Part shown: positions 9,068 through 17,619 of the stretch, in pieces
Numbering within the stretch: position 1 is the stretch's first letter
Layout: each line of letters starts with the position of its first letter
NCBI GenBank assembly: GCA_046291015.1
Contig: JBKBTB010000001.1
Location: forward strand, 1-30,412
Source: Exilispira sp.
GTDB lineage: Bacteria; Spirochaetota; JAAYUW01
DNA: 30,412 nt
Reading direction: 5' to 3'
Notes under the pieces: model-generated
Told to the model about the DNA's origin: nothing
Database searches by the model: none
The model's input: the letters and a program-made list of their open reading frames with translations, nothing else
Translations under genes and position numbers: made by a program

Positions 9068-10567
9068 TTATATATACTTGCCTTCCCCTTTATTTATCAA
9101 TATTCCCTTCTCTGAAAAATAAGCTGGTTTACCTCTTAAAAAAGTTGCGTATATTTTATGATTAAATAAAAAATTATTGAAAGGAGAAATTTTCATTTTA
9201 CTATAAAGCATATTATTATTAAATCTAAACCTTTTATCCTTTTCTATCAATACAAAATCGGCATCACTTCCTTTTAGAATTGCCCCTTTTACAGGATAAA
9301 TTCCATAAAATTTTGCAGCATTTTCTGAGGTTAATTGAATCAGTCTTTCGATTGGAATTTTATCTAAAAATTCTGATATAATGTATTGATAAATTGTTTG
9401 AACTCCATTTATTCCTCCATAATCTTCTAAAAAAGAACCGGTATTTTTTTCTTCCAGTTTACAGGCTGCATGATCACTTGCTATAAAAAGGCATTGTCCA
9501 TTATATAAAGATTTCCGAAGAGCAATTTTATCTTTTAGCTTTTTAACCGGTGGAGCTGTTTTTATAATAGAACCATACTCTTCAAAATTCTCTTCTGTCC
9601 ATTGCAAATAATGAGGTGCTGTTTCGAATGTAATATCGCATCTTCTTTTTGCTGATTTTATAAAATCAACTGCTTTCTTAGAAGAGAGGTGGACAATATG
9701 GATTGTTGCACCGGTTTTTTCTGCAACAGCTGCAGCATTCCCAACAGCTATAAGTTCTGCTAAATCTGATCTGCTCTCACAATATAATTTTATCTGCATA
9801 TCATGACTTAAATAACTATAATTTTGTTGATTATCAGATATTTTTTTCTTGAATTGTTTTATGAATTCTTTAATGTATCCATCAATAAATTCATAATCTT
9901 CAGCATGAAGCAAAAGTGGTTTTTTAACTTCATAGCAAGTTCGTGCAGCTTTATAAAGCTGATAATTTGTTATTCTCGGGAAACTTTCCATACCGGAAAT
10001 AAGATAAGATTTAAAACCTTTTACACCGCAGCTAATAAGATCTGTAATATTATTTTCAAAGTTTTTTTCTTCAATGGTTTTACCACATATACCACCAAAA
10101 AAAGCAAAATCGCAGTATGACATATTTGATATTATCGATAACTTTTCATTGAAATTTTTTCTATTTGTAACAGGTGGGATTGAAGTACATGGCATATCTA
10201 TAATGGTTGTAACTCCACCAGCTATGGCTGCTGCACTGGCAGATGAAAAATCTTCTCTAAAATCATAACCAGGTGTATCAAAATGGACATGAGGATCAAT
10301 TGCTCCTGGCAAAATAAGCATGCCATTACAATTAAAAACAAGATGTTCATTACTTAATTTTTCACATTTTAAGATTTCTTCATTATTAGATTCAAAAAGT
10401 CTTTCAATTTTAACAAGTTCAAAATTTTCTCCAAATTCGCTTAAAAGCATATTTTTTGAAAATTTATCATCTTCATAGATTTTTATACTGCTAAAAACAC
10501 CTTTTTCCCTATCAATTCCTATCAAGGCAAATTTATTTTTGTATATACAATTTGCAAGATAAATCAT
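9068..10567 (-). CDS. allB: Allantoinase-like cyclic amidohydrolase (allantoinase/dihydroorotase/hydantoinase family)
   Basis: PGAIDPHVHFDTPG, AAAIAGGVTTIIDMPCTSIPP, GVKGFKSYLISG (carboxylated Lys), LLLHAE, IHIVHLSS, ETAPHYL, KTAPP, ASDHA. ATG at 10567 preferred over the track's TTG at 10606. Substrate is not certain. Confidence 0.75.
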   Translation of the reverse strand: MIYLANCIYKNKFALIGIDREKGVFSSIKIYEDDKFSKNMLLSEFGENFELVKIERLFESNNEEILKCEKLSNEHLVFNCNGMLILPGAIDPHVHFDTPGYDFREDFSSASAAAIAGGVTTIIDMPCTSIPPVTNRKNFNEKLSIISNMSYCDFAFFGGICGKTIEEKNFENNITDLISCGVKGFKSYLISGMESFPRITNYQLYKAARTCYEVKKPLLLHAEDYEFIDGYIKEFIKQFKKKISDNQQNYSYLSHDMQIKLYCESRSDLAELIAVGNAAAVAEKTGATIHIVHLSSKKAVDFIKSAKRRCDITFETAPHYLQWTEENFEEYGSIIKTAPPVKKLKDKIALRKSLYNGQCLFIASDHAACKLEEKNTGSFLEDYGGINGVQTIYQYIISEFLDKIPIERLIQLTSENAAKFYGIYPVKGAILKGSDADFVLIEKDKRFRFNNNMLYSKMKISPFNNFLFNHKIYATFLRGKPAYFSEKGILINKGEGKYI

Positions 10568-10660
10568 AGTAATACCCTGTTTTCTAAAATAAAAATTTAA
10601 AAACAATCTGTTAATATAGATAATTAAAATCCATTAAAAGGATTAATAATAAATAGAAAG

Positions 10661-10830
10661 TTAAAATAAACAAATTAAAAAAAACAAATTAAAAAAAATT
10701 AAAATTAAAAAAAACAAATTAAAAAAAATTAAAATTAAAATAAATAAAACAAAATAAATAAAACAAAATAAATAAAACAAAATAATTTAAAACAAAATGA
10801 AATAAACTAAAATAAATAAAATAAATAAAC
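10661..10830. repeat. A-rich low-complexity tract with an exact 30-bp duplication and 3x 14-bp repeat
   Basis: 10681-10710 equals 10711-10740 (aaaacaaattaaaaaaaattaaaattaaaa). taaataaaacaaaa occurs at 10741, 10755 and 10769. Only one G (10799) in 170 nt. Confidence 0.9.
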
Positions 10831-10844
10831 TATTATTAGTAAAG

Positions 10845-13235
10845 CTATAAATTATTTTTCAATAATCCTGAAATAATATCTGGTATGAATGGTGAAGTAT
10901 ATAGCCTTATTCCAGTTGCATAAGCAAATGCATTTGCAATTGAAGGAATTGGACCATTTATATTGATTTCAGATACCGATTTAGCACCATATGGTCCTGT
11001 TTCCTCATAAGATGGAATTAAAATAACTTTGATCGGCGGGATATCTGCTACATTAAATATTTTATATCTATTAAATGATGGATTTAGCATCCTGCCATTA
11101 CTGAAATAATATTTTTCAGTCAAAGCATAAGAAAGACCATTTACAATAGCTCCTTCACACTGTCCTTCTGTTAGTGCAATATTTATAGGTGTACCACAAT
11201 CAACGGCAGCAAGATAATTTAATACTTTAATTTTACCTGTAAGGGTATCAACCTCTATTTCTGCAAAATGTGTCGCAAAAGGAGGTGGAGAAAGCTTACA
11301 AAACTCAGAAGATGTGGCTTGAATCTGAAATTGATTATGCTGATACATTGAATATCTAACAATATCAGCATAGCAAACTTTATTTTTACCTGCAATTGCA
11401 TATCCATCTTCCAGTTTTATATTTTCTTTTTTTTCATTTAATATTTTAGATGCAACATCTAAAAGCTGCTCTTTAACTTTTATTGAAGCTGATAAAACAG
11501 CATTTCCTGAAAGATAGGTGGTTGAAGAAGCATAAGCTCCGGTATCAAATGGAGTGACATCAGTATCTGCTGCTATTACATGGATTTTATCGGTCGGCAT
11601 ATCAAGGGTTTCTGCGACAATTTGGGCAAAAACCGTATCTGCTCCAGTTCCTATATCTGTTGCTCCCGTCATCAAGATTACCGAACCATCATCCTGCATT
11701 TTCAAATAACATGAAGCCATATCTACCATTGGAATTGCGGATCCCTGCATTAAAACAGCGATTCCAACACCTCTTTTATATCTTTTTGCTGTGTTTTTCT
11801 CATTTTTATATTCCTCTCTTTTAGCTTTCCATTCAAATAATTCTGCTCCTTTTGAAAGACATTTTTTTAAGTTATTTGCCTTTACAATTTGTTCGACACC
11901 TTCTGTTCCTTCTCCTAAAGCCTTAAAAATAGGTGAGCTTTCATTTTTATCTATTGCCCATTTCATAAAGTAATCAAGTGGATCAATTTTTAAATCTGTA
12001 ACAATCTCATCAATAAAACAATTCAAGGCAAACTGCCCCTGTGTAGCTCCGTAACCTCTATATGCTCCACCAACAACCATATTTGAATATAAAGATTTTC
12101 CGGTAAATCTTACATTGGGAATTTTATTTAAGATAGGTAAAGTTTTGGAACCAACATTTGTTAAAACTGTTAATGAATGTGGTCCATAGGCTCCTGCATT
12201 CTCTATTGCAGTCATTGAAAGAGCATCTATTTTACCTGATTTATCATAACCAGCTTCCATAATAATTTGATATTGATGTCTTGTTCTTGTTCCAATAAAA
12301 ACTTCTGCTCTTGAAAGTCTTATTTTAACAGGGTGTTTTAATACCCATGAAGCATAAGCAACATAAGGTTCAAGTATTACTTCCTGTTTTGAACCAAACC
12401 CCCCACCAATTCTTGGCTTAATCACCCTTATTTTAGAGGCTTCTATTCCAGTAACGGCTGATGTTATCCTTCTTGCGTGAAATGGAACCTGTGTTGTCGA
12501 AATAATTGTAAGTCTTCCTCTTTGATCAAAGTAAGCTAATGCTGCATGTGGTTCAATTGCACAATGTTGAGCTATATGATTACCATAAATTCTAGAAAGT
12601 TTTAATTCACTTTGATTATAATATTTGTCAAAATCACCAGCCTCCACTTTAACAAATGCGGCAAGATTTTTTTCTGGTTCATATGTTACCGGTATTTTTG
12701 CAAATGCTTTATCTTTATCATGGATTATAACATCAGATTTTTCTGCATTGACAAAATCAAATAGAGGTTTTTTTTCTTCATATTTTATTATTAGTTTTGA
12801 AGCAGCAACTTCTGCATCCTCACGAGTATCTGCAATAACAAGTGCAACAGGTTCCCCTGCATATCTTACATACTCGGAAAACATCCTGCAATCATAAGGC
12901 GATGGCTCAGGGAATCCCTGACCTGCTGATGTGTATAAGGTATCTGGTGTATTTTTATGCCAGAAAATCTCCTTTACCCCTTTTATATCTTTTATCTCTT
13001 TGTAATTCTCAATATTCAAGACTTTTGCATAAGGATATGGACTTCTAACAAAGACACCATGATAACAATCAATATCAACATCATCTGTAAATATTTCATC
13101 TCCAGAAGCTAAAGATTTTGCATCAATTTTTTCAATTGATTTTTCAATATATTTGTATTTAGTTTTGAGCTCGTTAAATAATTTAATCTTTTCAGCTATT
13201 TTTTCTTTTTTTTCAAATTTATTCTTGAATTCCAT
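10845..13235 (-). CDS. xdhD: Molybdopterin-binding subunit of the xanthine dehydrogenase family, XdhD/YgfN-like
   Basis: VRSPYPYAKV, VRYAGEPVALV, HCAIEPH, STTQVPF, IGGGFGSKQE, AYRGYGATQG, GATDIGTG, GAYASSTT, GAKSVSEI (XdhD-type catalytic Glu motif). ATG at 13235 has an AGAGG RBS. Confidence 0.85.
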   Translation of the reverse strand: MEFKNKFEKKEKIAEKIKLFNELKTKYKYIEKSIEKIDAKSLASGDEIFTDDVDIDCYHGVFVRSPYPYAKVLNIENYKEIKDIKGVKEIFWHKNTPDTLYTSAGQGFPEPSPYDCRMFSEYVRYAGEPVALVIADTREDAEVAASKLIIKYEEKKPLFDFVNAEKSDVIIHDKDKAFAKIPVTYEPEKNLAAFVKVEAGDFDKYYNQSELKLSRIYGNHIAQHCAIEPHAALAYFDQRGRLTIISTTQVPFHARRITSAVTGIEASKIRVIKPRIGGGFGSKQEVILEPYVAYASWVLKHPVKIRLSRAEVFIGTRTRHQYQIIMEAGYDKSGKIDALSMTAIENAGAYGPHSLTVLTNVGSKTLPILNKIPNVRFTGKSLYSNMVVGGAYRGYGATQGQFALNCFIDEIVTDLKIDPLDYFMKWAIDKNESSPIFKALGEGTEGVEQIVKANNLKKCLSKGAELFEWKAKREEYKNEKNTAKRYKRGVGIAVLMQGSAIPMVDMASCYLKMQDDGSVILMTGATDIGTGADTVFAQIVAETLDMPTDKIHVIAADTDVTPFDTGAYASSTTYLSGNAVLSASIKVKEQLLDVASKILNEKKENIKLEDGYAIAGKNKVCYADIVRYSMYQHNQFQIQATSSEFCKLSPPPFATHFAEIEVDTLTGKIKVLNYLAAVDCGTPINIALTEGQCEGAIVNGLSYALTEKYYFSNGRMLNPSFNRYKIFNVADIPPIKVILIPSYEETGPYGAKSVSEININGPIPSIANAFAYATGIRLYTSPFIPDIISGLLKNNL

Positions 13236-13296
13236 AAAAACCTCTTTGTTTTTTAATCTTCGATTTTGATTCAACCATAATTTTAATCTTAAAATT

Positions 13297-13821
13297 TTAT
13301 AATTTTTGCTTTAAATAATTTGCAGCAAGCTTAACAGCCTCAACAATTTTAACATATCCAGTGCATCTACATAGATTTCCGCTTAATCCTTCTTTTATCT
13401 GATTTTCATCAGGATCAGCAATTCTGGAAAGCAAATCATATGTTGCAATAACCATACCAGGAGTACAAAACCCACATTGAACAGCTCCAGCATCAACAAA
13501 TGCTTTCTGAATTGGATGAGGATTATTTGTATCACCAAGTCCATTTGATGTTATAATTTTGCTTTTTTCACAACTTGCAGCAAAAACCTGGCAGGAATTA
13601 ACAGCTTTTCCATCAAGTAAAACAAGACAGGAACCACAGGCACCTTCTTCACAACCACACTTAACATCCTTATACCCTATCCTTCTTAAGAAATTAAGAA
13701 GAGTTTCTGTCGCATCAGTATTTGCAAGTAAATCCTGTCCGTTTATATTTATTGATATCTTTATATCATATTTATCCTCAAGATACTTTTTATAACTTAT
13801 CTTTTTACCAAATGTAGACAT
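13297..13821 (-). CDS. (2Fe-2S)-binding small subunit of a xanthine dehydrogenase-family enzyme (CoxS/XdhC-like)
   Basis: CGCEEGACGSCLV, NSC, AGAVQCGFCTPGM, GNLCRCTGY; RBS AAGGAGG. Confidence 0.95.
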   Translation of the reverse strand: MSTFGKKISYKKYLEDKYDIKISININGQDLLANTDATETLLNFLRRIGYKDVKCGCEEGACGSCLVLLDGKAVNSCQVFAASCEKSKIITSNGLGDTNNPHPIQKAFVDAGAVQCGFCTPGMVIATYDLLSRIADPDENQIKEGLSGNLCRCTGYVKIVEAVKLAANYLKQKL

Positions 13822-13934
13822 AAGTCCTCCTTTTTTAGATTTGGTATTTTAAATTTATAGTTTTAATTTCTATTTTTATAAATCTATATTTTTTCTTTTA
13901 CATTTTTATAAAACTATTTTTTTATTTTATTATA

Positions 13935-14014
13935 TTTTTCTATTTCTTAATTTTTCTATTTTTTAATTTTCCTATTTTTCGATTTTTCAATTTCTTAGTT
14001 TTTCTATTTCTTAG
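13935..14014. repeat. Five tandem copies of a degenerate 16-bp unit TTTTTCTATTTCTTAR
   Basis: Units at 13935, 13951, 13967, 13983 and 13999: tttttctatttcttaa, tttttctattttttaa, ttttcctatttttcga, tttttcaatttcttag, tttttctatttcttag. Confidence 0.85.
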
Positions 14015-14064
14015 TTTTTATTCAACATTTTTAATCTTTAATTTTTATTTTACATTATTAAATC

Positions 14065-14901
14065 TTAAATTTTTATATTTTTAATAGCCTCAAAAAACAA
14101 AGACTTAAGTGTATTTTCTTTATATTCCTTATCAAATCTAAAATCATCTGAAAAACCATAATTTGCATTATAAATTATGTTTTTTAAGCTTTCCTTGTCA
14201 TCAATATTAACTTTAAGGAATTTATCATTAAAATTTTTATCAAAAAATACTACTTTCTTATTCCCTGAAATCGCAGCGGTAAAACTATTAAATCTTGAAT
14301 CATTGCCAAGCAAAAAGGAAAATGAGAATCTAAAGACAGCATAATCAAAATTTGTTAAAGAAAATCTTTCTGTATAATACTTTAAATTTTCATCAAATTC
14401 TATTATAATTTCCTTAATAATATGGGGAAAATTTTTTCTTTGTTCGATATAATCTAAAAGTTCTATTTTTTTATCATCATTATATATAACAGTTGTTGTT
14501 GTTAAAAGAAGAGGACTGATTATATCTGACCAGATTGGAAGATCATAAAGCGAACCACCAATCGTGATCCTATTTCTTAAGGGATAAGAAGCTGAGCTGG
14601 TAAGTGAAGAAAGGAATATACCATAAAATGAATCGATAGGAGGATTACATACTTTTAGATAGTCAATAATCTCGTTAAAAGTTGTAGTCGAGCCAATTAT
14701 TAGTTTTTTTGTTGATTTGTCTTTTTTGATATAAGAAAGATTACATTTTTTTAAGTTAATAAATCCTTCATTTTTAAATCTTTTTACTCTTAAAATACCC
14801 GTGCACCCTCCTGCAGGAATTATAGATGGATTATTTAAATGAAGTTTATAAGCCTGCTCAAAATTTTCTGGTGTATACCATTTTAATTTCTCTTTGTTCA
14901 T
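14065..14901 (-). CDS. FAD-binding subunit of a xanthine dehydrogenase-family enzyme (YgfM/CoxM-like), diverged
   Basis: WYTPENFEQA, IPAGGCT, IGSTTTF, LRNRITIGGSL, SDI. Lies between the deaminase and the 2Fe-2S gene. ATG at 14901 (after GAAGGGG) preferred; 14919 is the alternative. Confidence 0.85.
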   Translation of the reverse strand: MNKEKLKWYTPENFEQAYKLHLNNPSIIPAGGCTGILRVKRFKNEGFINLKKCNLSYIKKDKSTKKLIIGSTTTFNEIIDYLKVCNPPIDSFYGIFLSSLTSSASYPLRNRITIGGSLYDLPIWSDIISPLLLTTTTVIYNDDKKIELLDYIEQRKNFPHIIKEIIIEFDENLKYYTERFSLTNFDYAVFRFSFSFLLGNDSRFNSFTAAISGNKKVVFFDKNFNDKFLKVNIDDKESLKNIIYNANYGFSDDFRFDKEYKENTLKSLFFEAIKNIKI

Positions 14902-15038
14902 AGATATAAACCCCTTCATAATTAATATTTATTTGATTTCTTTAATTTATTATACTTTTTATTATGCTTTCATATTTCTACTTTTATATTTATTTATTTA
15001 ATAATATTTTCCAGATAATAATTTTAAAATTCCATTTT

Positions 15039-16433
15039 CTAAATAATATTAGCCTTCTCAAGTAGTTCTTTTGCTATTCTATTGCCATTTACTGCAATTT
15101 CTATTTCATCCATATTTGTAAGTTTCCCATCTTTAACGACAACAACACCATTGACTATTGTATACTTTGTCTGGTGATTATTTCCGGTAAATAGAAGTGC
15201 TGCAAATGGATCAGATAAAGAACCTGCAAAATCTATCCTGTCAATAATCTTAAATACTGCGATATCAGCAAGATAACCAGTTTCAAGCTTTCCAGATTTA
15301 TTAAATCCAAGAATTTTAGCACCACCATTTATTGCTATATCAAAAACCTGTCTTGCGCTTAAAGCTTCTGAGCCATATTTTACTCTCTGTAAAAGTAGAG
15401 CCATTCTTGCTTCTGCAAGAATATCTGAGCTATCATTTGATGCTGAACCATCAACTGCTATTCCAAAAGTTACTCCTTTTTCAAGTCCTTCAGTTACCCT
15501 GCATATTCCGCTTCCAAGTCTCATATTTGAAGATGGACAATGAGCTATACCTGTTTTAGTTTTTGCAAGTAGTTCGAGTTCTTCATCATTGAAAAATATT
15601 CCATGAGCATAGAAGACATCTTCACCTATAAAATCAAGATCCTCCATAAGTTTTAATGGTCTTCTTCCATATTTTTCAAGGCAATATTCAACTTCATCAA
15701 CTGTCTCAGCAAGATGAGTATGAAGTTTTACTTTATATTTTCTAGCTAAAGCCGCACTTTTTTGCATCAAGGATTCACTTACGGAAAAAGGAGAACAAGG
15801 AGCAATAATAACTTTTCTCATTGCATTATCTGAAGGATCATGAAAGGTATTTATAATATTTTCAGTTTCTGCTAAAATTTCATCTTCATCCTGAACAACA
15901 TCGTATGGTGGCAATCCTCCGTCCCTTTTGCTTTTTGACATGGAACCCCTTGTTGGTGAAAAACGAATACCAAGTCTATCTGCAACATCGAATTGAATTT
16001 TCATAATGCTGATATTGTTTTCTGTTAATTTCTCCGGATATAGATAGTGATGATCGGTAGTTAAAGTGCATCCTGTTTTTAACAGTTCACCTATTGCGAT
16101 TGCGCTCGACCAGAAAATTGCTTCTTCATCTATATGTTTCCAGATTTCATATAGATAAACAAGCCAATCAAAAAGCTTTGCATTTTGAACTGCAGGCAAA
16201 TTTCTTGTTAGTGTTTGATAAAAATGATGATGAGTATTTACAAGACCAGGTATAACTATCGAATCACTACAATCTAGTATTTGAAGCCTTTTTTTCTCTT
16301 CATCGGTTAAATTATTGATTAAATTTATACCTATTTCTTTGATTTTATTCTCTTCTATAAGTAAATCTTTCCCATATTCTATTTGATCATATACTGAACG
16401 GACAAGAGCATAACAATTTTTAAGCAATATCAT
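15039..16433 (-). CDS. 8-oxoguanine deaminase-like amidohydrolase (COG0402 metallo-dependent hydrolase)
   Basis: PGLVNTHHHFYQTLTR, GCTLTTDHHY, APCSPFSV, LHTHLAET, AHCPSSNMRLGSG, VDGSASNDS, GYLADIAVF. Confidence 0.8.
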   Translation of the reverse strand: MILLKNCYALVRSVYDQIEYGKDLLIEENKIKEIGINLINNLTDEEKKRLQILDCSDSIVIPGLVNTHHHFYQTLTRNLPAVQNAKLFDWLVYLYEIWKHIDEEAIFWSSAIAIGELLKTGCTLTTDHHYLYPEKLTENNISIMKIQFDVADRLGIRFSPTRGSMSKSKRDGGLPPYDVVQDEDEILAETENIINTFHDPSDNAMRKVIIAPCSPFSVSESLMQKSAALARKYKVKLHTHLAETVDEVEYCLEKYGRRPLKLMEDLDFIGEDVFYAHGIFFNDEELELLAKTKTGIAHCPSSNMRLGSGICRVTEGLEKGVTFGIAVDGSASNDSSDILAEARMALLLQRVKYGSEALSARQVFDIAINGGAKILGFNKSGKLETGYLADIAVFKIIDRIDFAGSLSDPFAALLFTGNNHQTKYTIVNGVVVVKDGKLTNMDEIEIAVNGNRIAKELLEKANII

Positions 16434-16559
16434 AATTATCCCCTGCCAATTATTATTTTATATTCTTTTATTTTTTATTTATTTTTAATATTTTTTAATC
16501 AATTTTTATGTTATAAGCAAGATAATTATAATATATTCAAAAAAAATTAAAAGGGTTGA

Positions 16560-17471
16560 ATGTTAAAAGTAATTATATATATATCGAAGATTATAAATAA
16601 TTGTTCAAAGCACAGGATTCACCATCTTGCTGCTTCATTTTCCTATTATTTTATATTATCCATACCTGCAATTCTTATGCTGATATTTGTCTTAAGTAAT
16701 CAATTTTTATCCTATTCTTCGGCGATTGAAAATCTTTACCCGGCATTTATTAATTTATTTGGAGAAGATATTTACAAATATATAGTAAAATTGCTTGAAA
16801 CAATATCCTTAAACAGAAATATTGGATTTTATACATCTTTGAGTATATTTATTCTTATTATTACCTCTTCTTCTCTCTTTGTATTTACAAAGGTCTCTTA
16901 CAGCAATTATAAAAATTTAAGTAAAAAACAAAACTTTTTTCTTAAATGGCTTAAGACTCGGATTTTTTCTATTTTGTTGACTCTTATAGTTTTAGGTTTT
17001 TATTTTATTTCAATACTAATAAGCCCAATAATTAAAAAAACCCTAAATTATTTTATTGCCGAACGTAGCTTAAATATTTATAAATTTATTTTAGATTATA
17101 TTATCTCTCCTTTTTTATTTAGTTTCTTTTTTTCGCTTTATATTCAGATGGTTTTTGAAAATATACCGATAAGATTCGCCTTTTATAGTGGAATTCTCAC
17201 TGCTTACCTTGGAAAAATTGCAAATATCTTTCTTTTTAAATTCATACCAAAAACTCTTGCTGGTTCTATTTTTTCTAAAGCCGGTTCCAGTTTAATTTTA
17301 CTCATATATATTTATTATATTGGTATAATAATTTTTTTTGGTTTTGAAACTGCGGCAACATTATGGGAAATAAATAAATTTCATCATGGTTATAGATGGC
17401 TAACAAAAAATCATCTAAAAAGATTGTATCAATACAACAAATACATAATTCAAAAAAAAATTAAAAAATAA
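16560..17471 (+). CDS. YihY/virulence factor BrkB family inner-membrane protein
   Basis: LAASFSYYFILSIP near the N-terminus, about six TM helices, YSGILTA and IYIYYIGIIIFFGFE C-terminal motifs. Confidence 0.8.
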   Translation: MLKVIIYISKIINNCSKHRIHHLAASFSYYFILSIPAILMLIFVLSNQFLSYSSAIENLYPAFINLFGEDIYKYIVKLLETISLNRNIGFYTSLSIFILIITSSSLFVFTKVSYSNYKNLSKKQNFFLKWLKTRIFSILLTLIVLGFYFISILISPIIKKTLNYFIAERSLNIYKFILDYIISPFLFSFFFSLYIQMVFENIPIRFAFYSGILTAYLGKIANIFLFKFIPKTLAGSIFSKAGSSLILLIYIYYIGIIIFFGFETAATLWEINKFHHGYRWLTKNHLKRLYQYNKYIIQKKIKK

Positions 17472-17619
17472 AAACAAATTTAATTAAATTTAAATTTACA
17501 AATTTTAATCTTTATTAACCTAATAATATTAATATTTTCTATATTTTATCATAACAATATTTTTCTTGACATAATTTCACAAATTAAAATATTTAAATCA
17601 GTAAATTGAAGGAGAAAGT

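Noticed and set aside
720-15559. Short nested ORFs at 720, 2639, 4673, 5431, 8008, 8553, 9824, 10074, 11791, 12625, 12842, 13559 and 15332
   Set aside because: All lie antisense to, or out of frame within, well-supported genes and have no independent evidence.
16434-16559. Purine or Moco riboswitch upstream of the deaminase-xdh operon
   Set aside because: The region is almost entirely A/T and lacks the purine riboswitch core (GATATGG...TCTACC) or any stable stems.
17566-17600. sigma70 promoter for the clostripain gene
   Set aside because: TTGACA at 17566 is perfect, but no convincing -10 lies at 16-18 bp spacing (TAAAAT is only 13 bp away).
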